From contig NW_027590120.1 of NCBI RefSeq assembly GCF_964213995.1, positions 248,001 to 312,000 on the forward strand: 64,000 bases of DNA. Reading direction: 5' to 3'. Made by a program: the position numbers and the translations under genes. The notes beneath the pieces were generated by a model. The model saw nothing but the letters and a program-made list of their open reading frames with translations, had not been told where the DNA came from and did not search any database. Of this stretch, positions 35,471 through 47,456 are shown piece by piece. How positions within the stretch are numbered: position 1 is the first letter of the stretch; the number at the start of each line of letters is the position of its first letter. The DNA comes from Mustelus asterias (lineage: Eukaryota).

Positions 35471-35659
35471 CCCACTACTCTTCCATTTGGGCAGCACCAC
35501 AAACAGTGTCTTGTTATTTATTTCATTGGCAGCTGCCCCGGGTGCTCTTGATGCTCCTGCTGCAGCACCTTTGCTCTTAATGATGGGGGAATGAGGCTCT
35601 CAGAGCCCAGAGTAAACATCCAGCAACACCCACAACTCCCGGCTTCCCCCATCTCCAAT

Positions 35660-37270
35660 AAGAGAGACCTCTATCTCAATTTGAAGTGTGCCTTATCTCA
35701 ATTTAGATTGCTCACTATCCTGATTTAGAGTACCCCATCCCAATTTGGAGCATCCCCTAACTCGAATAAGAGCCTTCTATCTCAATTTAGATTTGGAGAC
35801 CGACTATTTCAGTTATGGGAGCAGCGAATAATTATGAGTGCCCGAATCTCAAATATGAGTGCCCGAGTCAATTAGGAGTGACCCCTGTCAATTCCGGGTG
35901 AATTATGAGTGCCCTGGTCAATTAGGATTGCCCCCTGTCAATTCTGAGTGCCCCCTGCCCATTTTGAGTGCCACCAGACAATTAGGAATACCAGTCTCCA
36001 TTATGAGTACCCCCTGTCATTTCTGACTGCTCAGGTCAATTAGGTGTGCCCCCTTTGAATTACCAGTACACGTGTCGATTTGTAGTGACCCCTATCTCGA
36101 TTTGGAGTGCCTCCGATCTCAATTAGGAGCATCTCCTATCTCGATTTGGAGTGACCCCCATCTCGATTTAGAGTGTTCCCTGTCTCGATGACAAGTGCCC
36201 CACATCTCGATGACAAGTGCCCGCTCCCCCCCCCCCCCCCATGACTATGAGGAGTGCCCCAATGTCAATTAGGAGGGCCCCCTGTCAATTACGGGTGGCC
36301 TCGTCAATTAGGGGTGACCCTGTCAATTAGGGGTGGCCCGCCAATCAGGAATACCTGGGTGAATTAGGTGCGCCCCCTGTCAATTATGTGCCAGTGTCAA
36401 CTCGGAGTGCCCCCGATCGATTATGAGTTCCAAATGTCAATTTCCAGTGCCCCGGGTCAATTAGGAATGCCCTATATCTCGATTTGGAATGCCCCCTATT
36501 TTGATTTGGAATGCTCCCATCTCAATTTGGAGTGCTCACTATTTCGATTAGGAGAGGCTGGGTCAATTATGAGTGCCCCTTGTTAATTATGAGTGTCCCT
36601 TGTCTATTATGAGTGCCCTCTGTCAATTAGGCATGCCCCTACCTTGACTAGGTGTGCCATTATCTCGAATTGGATTTCCCCCATTCGAGTTGGAGTGCAC
36701 CCCCATATCCCGATTTGGAGTGCCCCCCATATCTGGGTTTGCGGTTCCTCCCATATCTCGATTTGAAGATCCTCCAATCCCTCGATTTGGAGTGCCCCCC
36801 ATATCTCGATTTGGAGTTTTCCAACCTCCCCGTATCACGATTTGGAGTGCCCTGCATATCTCGGTTTGGAATGCCCCCCATATGTCGATTTGGAGTGCCC
36901 CCTATCTCGAATTGGAGTGCCCACCCTATCTTGGTTTGGAGTGCGCGCCATATCTCGATTTGGAGTGCCCCCTATCTCGATTGGAATGCCACCTATATCT
37001 CCATTAGGAATGCCCCCTATCTCGATTTGGAGTGCCCCCTATCTCGATTTGGAGTGCACTTATAGCGGTTTGGAATGCAACTTATTTAGATTTGGAGCAG
37101 CGACTCTTTCAGTTACGAGTGCTGAGTCTCAATTAGGAGTGCCCCTATCAATTAGGAGGGCCCCCCGTCAATCAGGAGTGCCCTTGTCAATTAGGAGTTC
37201 CCCCTGTCAGTTAGGCGTGCCACCTGTCAATTAGGAGTGCCCCCTGTCAATTAGGCATGCGCCATTCAAT
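35660..37270. repeat. degenerate 20-23-bp minisatellite (ATCTCGATTTGGAGTGCCCCCT / GTCAATTAGGAGTGCCCCCT variants)
   Basis: Direct inspection; two unit variants arranged in blocks. Confidence 0.9.
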
Positions 37271-37271
37271 T

Positions 37272-39572
37272 AGGATTTGAATATTCCAGGGTATAAGTGT
37301 TTTAGGCGAGACAGAGGAGGGGCTATGAGAGCAATGCTGGTTAGGGAGCATATTACAGCGGTACAGAGGGTGGACAATTTGGAAGGGTCAGGTAACGAGT
37401 CACTGTGGGTGGAGCTCAGAAACAGGAAGGGCGCAGTCACTATGCTGGGGGTATACTCCGGGCCTCCCAACAGCCCACGGGAAGTTGAAGAACGGATATG
37501 TAAGGAGATTCTGGACAGGTACAGAAAAAATAGGGTTGTTGTAGTGGGAGACTTTAATTTCCCTCACATAGACTGGAAATCGCTTAGGGCTGGGTACCTG
37601 GACGGGGAAGAATTTATAAAATGCGTACAGGAAGGACCTTTGGAATAATATGTTGACAGGGCAATTGAAAGGGGGCTATACTGGACCTAGTCCTGGGGAA
37701 TGAGCCCGGTCAGGTCATCAAAGTTTCAGTGGGGGAACATGTGGCAAATAGTGACCACAATTCTGTAAACGTTAGGATAGTAATGGAAAAAGATGAGTCT
37801 TGTCCTTTGGGTAAGGTGCTGAATAGGGGGAAGGCTAACTAAAGCCGGATTAGGCAGAATTTGGTGGCTGTTGATTGGGAGAGGCAGTTCGAGGATAAAT
37901 CCACAACTGGCGTGTGGGAGTATTTTAAGTAGCAGTTGATAGGACTGCAGGACAAGCATGTGCCTGTAAAGAGGAAGGATAGGAAAGGTAGGAATCGAGA
38001 GCCGTGGATAACCAGTGAAATTGTGGGTCTAATCAAAAAGAAAAAAGAGGCATACATGAGGTCCAGGCAGCTAAAAACAGATGGAGCACTGGAGGAATAC
38101 AGAGAAAGCAGAAAATAACCTAAACAGGGAGATAGAAGGGCAAAAAGGGGTCACGAAATGTCCTTGGCAGACAGGATTAAGGAGAATCCTAAGGCATTTT
38201 ATACATATGTTCTGAACAAGCGGGTTGTTAGGGAAAGAATCGGAACACTCAGGGACAAAGGAGGGGAATTATGCTGAGAAGCAAAGGAAGTAGGTGAGAT
38301 CCTAAACGAATACTTTTCATCAGTATTCACAAAGGAGAGGGACATGTTCACTGGTAGTGTCTCAGAGAGATGTGTTGACCCGTTAGAAAAAATCTCAATT
38401 ACAAGGAAGGAAGTGTTAGGTTCTTTAGGAAACATTAAGACAGACAAATCCCGAGGGCCGGATGGCATCTATCCTGGACTCCGCAGGTAGGCAAGAGATG
38501 AAATTTCTGGGCCTCTGACAGAAATCTTTGTCTCTTTGCTGGACAAAGGTGAGGTCCTAGAGGATTGGAGGATAGCAAATGTTGTCCCGTTATTTAAGAA
38601 GGGTAGGAAGGATAACCCGGACATTTATAGGCAGGTGAGCTTGACGTCGGTGGTAGGGGAATTGTTGGAGAAGATTCTTAGAGATAGGATATATGCGCAT
38701 TTAGAACTGAATAATCTCAGTAGCAATAGACAGCATGGTTTTGTACGAGAGAGGTCATGCCTCGCAAATTTGGTTGAGTTTTTTGAGGAGGTGACAAAAA
38801 CGATTGACGAGGGAAGGGCCGTGGATGTCGTCTACATGGATTTTAGTAAAGCGTTTGACAAGGTCCCTCATGGCAGGCTGGTGCAAAAGGTTAAATCTCA
38901 CGGGATAAAAGGTGAGCTAGCTAGATGGGTGGAGAACTGGCTTAGCCATATAAGACAGAGGGTAACAGTGGAGGGGTCTTTTTCCGGTTGGAGGTCTGTA
39001 ACTTGTGGTGTTCTGCAGGGCTCTGCACTGGGACCTCTGCGGTTTGTGATATATATAAATGATTTGGAGGAGGATGTAGCTGGTGTGATCAGTAAGTTTG
39101 CGGATGACACAAAGATTGCTGGAGTTGCGGATAGTGATGAACATTGTCAGTGAATACAGCAGGATATAGATAGGCTGGAACATTGGGCGGAAAAATGGCA
39201 GATAGAATTTAATCAAGATAAATGCGAAGTGATGCATTTCGGGAGATCTAATGTAAGGGGGAGCTGTACAATAAATGGCTGGACCATCAGGAGTACAGAA
39301 ACACAGAGGGACCTGGGTGTACAAGTCCACAGATCGTTAAAGCTGGCAGCACAGGTGGAGAGGGTGGTGAAGAAGGCATATGACATGCTTACCTTTATTG
39401 GACGGGGCATAGAATATAAAAGTTGGCATATGATGTAGCAGCTGTATAGAACGTTGGTTGGGCCACATTTGGAATACTGCGTCCAGTTCTGGTCGCCACA
39501 CTACCAGAAGGATGTGGAGGCTTTGGAGAGAGTGCAGAGAAGGTTTACCAGGATGTTGCCTGGTATGGAGGG
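37272..39572 (+). mobile_element. decayed CR1 ORF2 (APE plus RT), cut at its 3' end by the ERV 5' LTR
   Basis: GDFNFP, QHGF, DFSKAFDKVPH and FADD motifs with many stops; ends at ...[10 protein letters not shown] directly before TGAAGGGG. Confidence 0.9.
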
Positions 39573-40175
39573 TGAAGGGGGCGACCTTTATTCTTAAGAC
39601 GACTTTTATGCTTAATACCATGGAAATTTTACACGTGTATATCAAATTTATTTTAAAATATTGTCAGCAGCTCACAGCAATGCGATGACTCATGGGCACC
39701 CCTTAATCACTTCAGACAGCCTCATCACTTTAGACTCAAAGCAGGGGAAACATAGACAATAGCTCAACTGATTAGATTATGCAAGAAGCTCAAGACACAA
39801 AGGAAACCCTCCAGAAAGAGATCAGCCTCGGGAAATTGGTTCACAACATCATCAGCCACAGGTCAATTCCACCTATCTGTAATGGCTTTTTAATATCTTG
39901 CTATTGTGCCACTGCTTTGTGTTATTAGCAGGCACTGATCATGTAACAGGTAATACATGATGAGCCTATTCCCGTTTGTTTGGTGCGAAGTTCAAAGCCC
40001 TATAAATTGTAAAGCGCAGAATGTCCAGGGAGAGCAGTTGACGAGCAGCTGTCTCTCCCCAGGCCTGCTGTTTCTGTTATTTTAAACAGAGAATAAAGTT
40101 TGCGTTGCCTTTCTGTACTGTGCTCATGCCTGCCTGTCTTTTATGCTGGTAGGAAGCGAGTAATTTCCCCTTACA
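39573..40175 (+). repeat. ERV 5' LTR
   Basis: Starts TGAAGGGG and ends CCCCTTACA; TATAAA at 40001-40006, AATAAA at 40092-40097; homologous to 47457-47520 plus 49096-49676. Confidence 0.92.
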
Positions 40176-40178
40176 GTT

Positions 40179-40196
40179 TGGTGCCAAAACCCGGGA
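40179..40196 (+). promoter_or_regulatory. primer-binding site complementary to tRNA-Phe
   Basis: TGGTGCCAAAACCCGGGA versus the tRNA-Phe 3' complement TGGTGCCGAAACCCGGGA (1 mismatch). Confidence 0.88.
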
Positions 40197-40499
40197 GGAA
40201 GCGACCACTTGCTGGACCCACGGTGACAAGGATCAAGTGGGTGAGAAGTCAATTTCAGACGTCCAGAGTCCGGAAGGATCCGAGCGCCGTCGGGACCAGG
40301 AGGGGACTTCCTCCAACCTGGATAACAGCTGTAGACTGAGTGGGTACAAAAAGTGCACATACACTGATTGGCTACTGCACAAATTTCACTGATTGAGAAC
40401 TTTGAATTTGTAACACGGTTAGGTACACTGCTGTCGGCTACCTATTGGTCGGCTACCTATTGTGAGAGGGCCTTGTAAGCATCCACAAGAGGTGGACCA

Positions 40500-42102
40500 T
40501 TGTCATGGCAGGCCTTCATATCCCTGCTAACCACCCGGTGCGCCAATAAGGGTGATAAAGAAAAAGGCCTTATTGGATGACCGGGTAGGTTAGGCATACC
40601 TCTGTCAGCCAGGAACGTAGGGAACCGAAAGGGTTGACAGATTCCAGAAGCACTCAAAATAGGAGTGGGGTACGGGCTCAGGGAATGTGAAAGGTACAGA
40701 AAGGCAAGAGAGAGAAAGAGAGACAGAATGCCCCATGAAGGAAAGCCCGAGGAAAGATTACCTCAGGACAGAGATTCTGAAGTAGGTTGCGCATACGTAA
40801 GGGGAGGAAGGGAGCAAGAGGATAGCCTCTCCCTAGAATGGGGGCCAGAAGGATCTCTTATATTTGGGATGCAACAGCAGAAACTAATCAGGAAAATGTG
40901 AAAGGAGGGATGGGACTCCTGTGCGTCCTTCCCACTACAAAGGGAATGGTGGAATAGCCACCAGCGGGACGCTTCTAAAAAGGCTGCAGTAATTTTAGTT
41001 AAACAGTTAATGATAGCGGTCCGTATGAACCTGGTTTACCAGGAAAAGTTAGAGGAAAAGACGAAGAGTATTGCAAGTTTAGAGGCTCGGATCCCAGAAT
41101 TATGAGCCGAAACCCGTAAAATTAGCGCCCCGGAGACCACCACGTCTTCGGTGTACCCCGCACTTCCTAGTGCACCACCCGAGTACGAACCCGGCAGCGT
41201 ACAGAAATGTGCCCCAGTACAGAGGACTGCTAATGGCCAGGATCGCTATAAAGCATTCACTCCCTTAGAAAAGCAGACTATCCGAAAGGAGTTAGGTACT
41301 CTGCGCACCCGAAGTAAAAATACAGAGTTCTGTAGGACTCTTGAGGAGATGTGGGATGTCCACGATCTCCACCCCCGTGATATCCACCAGATAGTCAGAG
41401 CGAAGTGCCTCTCAGATGAATGGAGGACTCTAACCAGCACTGACCCGGAGAACCCTGTCACCTCCACGATCCAGGATGGGGCATGGGCGAACGGAGTCCC
41501 TAACAATGCCTCCAGGGCGATCCAGGGACGCATATAATGCCTTTAAACGTGCAGTCTGTACAGCTCTGGGAAACCCTGCCACCAACTGGGGAACACTCCA
41601 ATCCTGTAGGAAGGAAAAGGGAGAATCCAGCAGCAACTATGCTACTCGCCTGCATGAGGCTTATTATGAGTCGTCCGGGCAGGAAAACCCCGACCCTAAC
41701 GATGCCCCGTGCATCCAAATGTTTTTAGACGGGCTTTCCGCGACACATCAGGAAGTTTTAAAATTCGGAATCGTCACTGCGGACACCTACGATACCGCAG
41801 TCCAGTGGGCACGCCGGGTAGATGCCAGGGCCGGGGCAGGGAGCAACCGAACCGCACCCTGGTCCCGGACAGCCTCTTCAAAAATAGATGCCCCTAACTT
41901 TAAACCAACATCTAAGTGCTTCCGCTGCGGAAGACCCGGGCACATAGCTCGGCACTGTCGATCAGAACCTGGACAAGCTTGTGGGACCTGTGGCAGAACA
42001 GGTCACTCAGCTGAGCAGTGCAGGCTCAAGCCCAAGCCCGAACCCCACTTAGACATGCAGGAAGCCTTCCTGAAATGGCTGAGGGACCAGGGGAAGGCAT
42101 GA
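40500..42102 (+). pseudogene. gag: ERV gag (matrix-like WGPEGSL, PSAPP late-domain-like motif, capsid, two CCHC knuckles)
   Basis: CFRCGRPGHIARHC and CGTCGRTGHSAEQC; broken into several ORFs; 5' limit approximate. Confidence 0.85.
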
Positions 42103-43327
42103 GCACAGGCGGCTCCCATAGACACAGAGGGAGACAAGTTTGTCTACGTGCCTGCCCTCCTGGGGGGCCTGCCTTGCGAAATGTTAGTAGACACAGGAGC
42201 CTCTGTATCCCTGACCGACCTACCCCTTCCCGTGACCAAGGATTACACCCACCTAGTTGGGGTAGGGGGGAACTTGTATTAAGGCTTACAAGAGCAAGAC
42301 GGTCGTCTCAGAGGTAGCAGGGCGACTGGTGCCGGCCCAGTTCTTTGTATTCCAGAACAACGAGGGAACTATGCTAGGAATGGATATTTTAGAGGAATTA
42401 AGCATACTCATAGACCTCAGGAATCATAAGATTCATTGGTCCCACAGTAATGGGAACAAATGTAAGCTCCACCAATCCTGCCAAAGCATCGCAATGATCG
42501 GGAGCGTTAAAATGTTTCAGAGGGACTGGGACACAGAGCCCCAGCCTTTTGGAATAATTTGTAAAGTACTGACAGAAGTATGGGCCAGGGATAAGCAGGA
42601 CACAGGAAAGGTTCCTATGGATCCGGTCCATGTTCCCACCCCAGACCACAAACCACACAGACAGTACCCCATAAAGCCGGAGGCATACCAAGCTGTGTGG
42701 GCTCGTGTACAGGACCTAGAAGGGAGGGGGGTAATACGCTCCACTACTAGTACCACAAACTCCCCAGTATGGCCAGTAGCAAAGCCCGATAAAACCTTCC
42801 GTTTAACAATCGATTATACAGAGCTTAACAAAGTCACCCCAAAAGTACATCCCATAGTGGCAAGCCCCTCCATAATCCTGAATGGATAGGGCCCTAAGTA
42901 CAGCATTTTCACGGTGTTAGACATAGCAAATGGCTTCTGGTCGGTGCCGTTAGACACGGAGTCTCAGGACAAATTTGCATTCACTGTGGGCGAAAAGCAA
43001 TATACCTGGACGAGACTCCCTCAGGGGTTCCACAACAGTCCCGCCATCTTCCACCAGGTTATGAATAGGATATTAGAGGGAGTAGATCTCACCCCCGACC
43101 GCTTCACTGTCCTTCAGTATGTGGACGACATCCTAATTGCCTCAGAAGACAGGCAAGGACATCCTGTAGCCCTGATTGAGGTGCTGCGAGCCTTAGAAAG
43201 GGGCTGGTTGACGATGAACCCCAAAAAGGCCCATACAGGAAGAGACACTGTCATGTACTTAGGACAGGAGATATCCCAGGGTACTCGGACCATGCCTCAC
43301 GAGAGGAGGGTTTCCATCGAGGTCATG

Positions 43328-43560
43328 GTAAGAGTTTTAACAACACCAGGTTAAAGTCCAACAGGTTTATTTGGTAGCAAATACCATTAGCTTTCGGAGC
43401 GCTGGTTCTTCGTCAGATGGAGCAGATATCCACTCCATCTGACGAAGGAGCAGCGCTCCGAAAGCTAATGGCATTTGCTACCAAATAAACCTTTTGGACT
43501 TTAACCTGGTGTTGTTAAAACTCTTACTGTGTTTACCCCAGTCCAACGCTGGCATCTCCA
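43328..43560 (+). mobile_element. palindromic Penelope-derived mini-element inserted in ERV RT
   Basis: Arms 43328-43422 and 43433-43527 are reverse complements; TSD CATC(G/C)AGGTCATG at 43315-43327 and 43561-43573; removal restores RRVSI(E/Q)VMPRPVS. Confidence 0.9.
43434..43471 (+). ncRNA. minimal hammerhead ribozyme motif (mirror copy on minus at about 43384-43421)
   Basis: CCAT-CTGACGA-AGGAGC AGC GCTCC-GAAA-GCTA-ATGG. Confidence 0.8.
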
Positions 43561-45937
43561 CATCCAGGTCATGCCCAGGCCCGTCTCCCTGAGGGGAGTC
43601 CGCAAGGTTTTGGGACCGTTCAACTACAGCCGAACCTTTATTCCCAATTTTGCCACCTTAGCCGAGCCCATACAGCGGCTAGTAAATGGGGGAGGCCCCG
43701 GGGGGCAAACTGATAGAATGGGGACCCGAACAGGAGGAAGCTTATGCAAGGTTAAAACAAGCCCTTATAGCAGTTCCGAGTCTCGGTTTACCTGACCCGA
43801 GGAAGCCCTTCCATATATTTTGTGAGAATGAGGAGGGATTCTATGCCGCAGTAATAGCCCAAACACATGGGGAAACCCTGCGACCCGTAGCTTACTGCTC
43901 CACACAGCAGTCACCAGTGGCAGCCGGCTCGTCCTGCTGCGTTGCAGCAATTGACTGTGCTGCATGGGCAGTTAGTATTAGCGAGCCCACGGTGATGACG
44001 GGGGAAATCATCCTCCACACCAGGCATACCATCGTTGAAATGCTTAACAATAGTAAGCTCAGAGCAGTCTCTAATTAAAGGAGAGCTAAGTGGGAATCAG
44101 TTCTGCTCCCCAAAGGTCGATCAATCACCATAATAAGGGACACAGGAGTAAACCCCGCTGCAGGGATTTTAGCCACTGGCGAATTACATGTGTGCGCTGA
44201 AATCGACCTAGAGGTAGATGCAGCCCCAGTAGAAGAATTCCCCTGAGGACAGGCTGATTGAAGATTCTATGTAGATGGGTCCTGGAAATATATTGACGGT
44301 ACCCCCAAAACAGGGTGGGCAGCAGTTATCGACAAGTTAGAAGTGGAAGCCTCAGGGCGATTAGCCAGCACCCTGTCAGCACAAGTCGCAGAATTAGAGG
44401 CTTTAACACAGGCCCTGACCCTGGCAGAGGGCAAAACCGTGAATGTATATACCGACAGCCAATACGCGTTCGGAGTCATACATGATTATATGGCCGCCTG
44501 GGATCGCAGGGGGCTTGTCACGTCGGGAGGGGACAGGATAAAGCACCAGGAAAGGATTGAAGCTCTATCCCGCGCCTCAAAGCTGCCCAAAGAAGCAGCA
44601 GTAATTAAAGTCAAAGTGCATAGGGAAATAGAAACTCCAGAACAAGCAGGGAACGCTGCAGCTGATAAGGCAGCGCAGCAGGTTTTAAGTGATGCTCTCC
44701 CAACACCTAGTATCACCACAGACAGTGTGGATATAGTCCAGTTACACCGGGACACCCCCGAGGCAGAGAAGCAGGTCTGGGAAGAAAGAGGCGGGAAACC
44801 AGATGCCCAGGGCGCCTGGAGGAAGGAAAGAAAGGTAATAGCCCCAGATTGCATCAGGCGCACCCTGCTGCAGTTAAACCATGGCCGTGATCACACTGGC
44901 AGAAACGCCATGAATCATCTCCTGAGTAGGGATTGGTGGCCGGCGATGGGAAGAGACATAGCTGAATACTGTCAGCGATGTCTCATATGCGCGCAGCACA
45001 ACCGCGGGCTACCCATAAAGATCCGAATGGCTCATCATCCAAGACCCCGGGGGCCTTGGGAAAATCTCCAGATAGATTTCACAGGACCACTTCCCGCATC
45101 AGGGGGCAAGAGATATTGTTTAGTCATAATTGACCTATTCACCCGGTGGGTGGAAGCATTCCCCACCCGGATTGCATTGCTTCCACTGTTGCAGAAATCC
45201 TAGCGAGTGAAGTATTTCCCAGATGGGGGTCCCTTTGCAGATCGATTCCGATCAGGGCACCCACTTCACGGGAACAGTTATGAAAAAGACGTGCGAGTCG
45301 ATGGGAATAAAGCAGAAGTTCCGCATCCCCTACCATCCACAGAGTTCAGGTATGGTCGAGAGGATGAATCGGACCCTGCAGTCCGCTCTCGCAAAGGCTT
45401 GACATGGAAAACACAACAGGAGGACAGAGGTCCTACCCACTGTGCTTATGAAACTCATCCCCTAATCGCGTTACGAACTGATGACCGGGCGGGCCACGCA
45501 ATTGCCCCCAGGCATAATTACCGGAGGGGAAGATTTTGGACCCTTAACAGACAAAATCAGCAGATATGTCTTAGAACTGAGTGAGCAGCTAAAAGAAATG
45601 AGACAGCAGGCGAGAGAACAGCAGGAACTTAAAGATAAAGAAAGGCAGTACCCTGAACAGGCCACAGTGCGAAAAGCAGGATCCCATGTAATGGTTACAT
45701 TGCTACCTGAAAGGCCTGGTCTAGCGCCCCGGTGGTCGGGACGACACCGAGTCCTCATTAGTGGGGATACCTGCGCCTGCGTTGAAATCAGGGGAAAGGG
45801 GCAATGGAAGCATTGGTCACAACTAAAAAGATGCGAGAACAGCAATGATCCAGTAATGCGAGTCTAATAAGAATAATTGTACCTCCAAGCTCATTGTACC
45901 TGTTTTTCAGGCAGGTCACAGCACCGGACAGGAAGAT

Positions 45938-47217
45938 GTATATCGCTGTTTGTTTTTATGCTTTACTGCGTGGCAGGGGAGACTGTCTCTCAAAACGTTA
46001 CCGACGCGAGTTGAATGTAAATACGTACTTGTATATGTCGCGTGTATATGCTAAGAAATGGAATGCATCGAAATGCTGGATATGTACCCACATTCCAAAG
46101 TTGGAATCCCCCTCAGGCCAATCCCTTTGAGAGCCCAAGAGACCGTAGAGTGGGTTATACAGGAAGCAGGCAGGAGCCTCACGCACCACCTTAAATCTAT
46201 ACAGGAGAAGCTACAGTCTGCTGGGTGCAAGGCAGGGACACTCGGTAGATGGCGACTGCTGGGTCATGACCGCACACACCAGTCACCCTCCCTGACCCTG
46301 ACGAACACCACTGGGACAGGGCGCCCAATCAGGCCAGTCTGTATATCCAAAACAGGGACAGACAGGGCCCTCAGAGTAGGGAAGAGCGACTGTAGCCACG
46401 CCTTCAACATTACGCCAGCAGCACCTGATAGTTCCCTTAGAGTCCAGTGTGCACCAAACAGCACGGTGCAGATCCTTCTGCAGCCAGGAATTTTAAACAG
46501 CCCTGCTGCTTATAATGGAACTTACTTTGTCTGCGGTCACAGGGCATACCCTTGGTTCCCCCATGATTGGGCAGGGTCATGCTATCTAGGCTATGCTATT
46601 CCCTACATACACCACATCCCCACCCTAAAGGAGCATCGCCGATGGAAAGAGGGTATCCAGAGGAGGGGGGCCTTTCCGTACCTGGGAATCCTTATTCCTT
46701 CCCTGGGAGGGCTAGGATTACAGATGGGCGAACTCACAGCACGAGTGCAAAAAGAAAATCGCATTCTGGAAGAAGTTGCTAATGCTACTGCGGAGGCTGT
46801 GGCAGAGGTAAACAGCGAGCTAATAGCCCTTAGTACAGTAGCCCTACAGAACCGCCTAGCCTTAGATTATCTCCTTGCGAGTAAGGGAGGTACCTGTGCC
46901 TTAATAGGAACAGAATGCTGTACATATATTCCTGACGCCTCAGAGAACCTTACGAATTTAGCGGAACACATTCACAATGAAGTGACAAACTACATGAGAT
47001 CCCCAACAGCAGTTGGATGGATTGGCTGATGGGGGGCTCATGGGGGGTATTTTTAATGCAGGGAGCCATGGTTCTAATTGGCATAGTCATTGCTTGCTGT
47101 GTGCTGACTGACTGTCTGAGTGCAATTTGTAAAGGTTTTGTGCCCAGGCTAACTGCTGTCGCCGCGTATCGCACCGAGACTCCTTCTCAACCGCAGCTCC
47201 GCGACCACACTGCCTAG
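45938..47217 (+). pseudogene. env: ERV env, gamma-type (CWIC in SU; ISD plus CX6CC in TM), frameshifted
   Basis: Splice acceptor TTTTTCAG at 45910; MYIAVCF...KCWICTHIP; LQNRLALDYLLASKGGTCALIGTECC; membrane anchor in the next frame. Confidence 0.9.
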
Positions 47218-47456
47218 GCAGCGACAAGATTTATTTAAAGACCGCCATGGAGACACCTCCAGCAGACACCCATCATTGGAGCTCGGAGGAGCATGGCTCA
47301 CGCCAGGTCTGTCAACTGAAGGAAACCAAAGACTCTTTGACGAATTATTGAACATCTTTTAAACACTCTGGAATCTCTAAGAAATCATCGAACTCTTCAA
47401 TCAAGATGGTGTGCTCACTGGGGTGCAAGGAGGGTGCCCAGGAGCAAGAGGAGGTG

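Larger units (their letters stand above)
42103..45867 (+). pseudogene. pol: ERV pro-pol (protease, RT, RNase H, integrase), disrupted
   Basis: LVDTGAS in frame after the gag TGA; RT LDIANGFWSVPL / LPQGFHNSP / YVDD; RNase H YVDGS...SAQVAELEA...YTDSQY; integrase HGRDH..CQRCLIC, QIDF. Confidence 0.93.

Noticed and set aside
46058-47029. Domesticated (syncytin-like) env
   Set aside because: Frameshifts separate the signal/CWIC part and the membrane anchor from this ORF, and it sits in a decaying provirus.
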